A stretch of 64,000 bases of DNA from Eledone cirrhosa (lineage: Eukaryota). The stretch spans positions 328,352,001 through 328,416,000 of the forward strand of contig OZ024743.1 in the NCBI GenBank assembly GCA_964016885.1, in the 5' to 3' direction. This document shows, piece by piece, positions 63,385 through 64,000 of this stretch (its first letter is position 1; each line of letters begins with the position of its first letter). Made by a program: the position numbers and the translations under genes. Under the pieces are notes generated by a model, which ran no database searches, was not told where the DNA came from, and was given only the letters and a program-made list of their open reading frames with translations.

Positions 63385-64000
63385 ACTGTGATATTACTTG
63401 ATATCATTTGATAATAATATCATAACGATATTTCAACAGGAGGCCCGTGGTCTAGTGGGTAGGCTTTATATCTGTATTGTGATATCATCTGATAATAATA
63501 TCATAACGATATTTCGACAGGAGGCCCGTGGTCTAGTGGGTAGGCTTTATATCTGTATTGTGATATCATTTGATAATAATATCATAACGATATTTCGACA
63601 GGAGGCCCGTGGTCTAGTGGGTAGGCTTTATATCTGTATTGTGATATCATCTGATAATAATATCATAACGATATTTCGACAGGAGGCCCGTGGTCTAGTG
63701 GGTAGGCTTTATATCTGCATTGTGATATCATTTGATAATAATATCATAACGATATTTCAACACGAGGCCCGTGGTCTAGTGGGTAGGCTTTATATCTGTA
63801 TTGTGATATCATTTGATATCATTTGATAGTAATATTATAGCTATATTTCAACAGGAGCTCCACGGCCTAGTGGCTTGGCCTTATATCTGTGTATTGTGGT
63901 ATCACTTGATATCTTTTGATAACGATATTTCAACAGGAGGCCCGTGGCCTAGTGGGTAGGCTTTATATTTGTGTATTGTGATATCATTTGATATGACAAT
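63385..64000. repeat. 81-bp tandem repeat, about 7 copies, running to the window end
   Basis: TGATATCATTTGATAATAATATCATAACGATATTTCRACAGGAGGCCCGTGGTCTAGTGGGTAGGCTTTATATCTGTATTG. Confidence 0.95.

Overview
Eukaryotic, repeat-dense window. The SINE families, RTE tails and (TA)n-rich background suggest an octopus genome; this is an inference. One host gene is clear: six + strand coding exons of a Rab34/Rab36-type GTPase (13966-24991), ending in a CCQ prenylation motif. Its P-loop exon(s) were not found and probably lie upstream of the window. The most notable feature is two head-to-tail clusters of Tx1/L1-clade LINEs (1-8740 on -, about 54245-60930 on +), seven pieces in all. Every copy sits in TATC/TACC microsatellite with the same strand polarity, and none of the six visible 3' ends has poly(A). 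This points to a GATA/TAGA-repeat-targeting retrotransposon family. Also present: a near full-length RTE LINE with a C4HC3 PHD-like finger inside its RT domain; two minisatellites derived from RTE sequence; Penelope-like remnants with several type I hammerhead ribozyme motifs, two of them in inverted-repeat pairs; CRE-like and CR1-like fragments; many tRNA-derived SINEs and MITEs; and a 4.9-kb Thr-codon minisatellite. No CRISPR, rRNA or intact tRNA gene was found. All coordinates and counts were read by eye.
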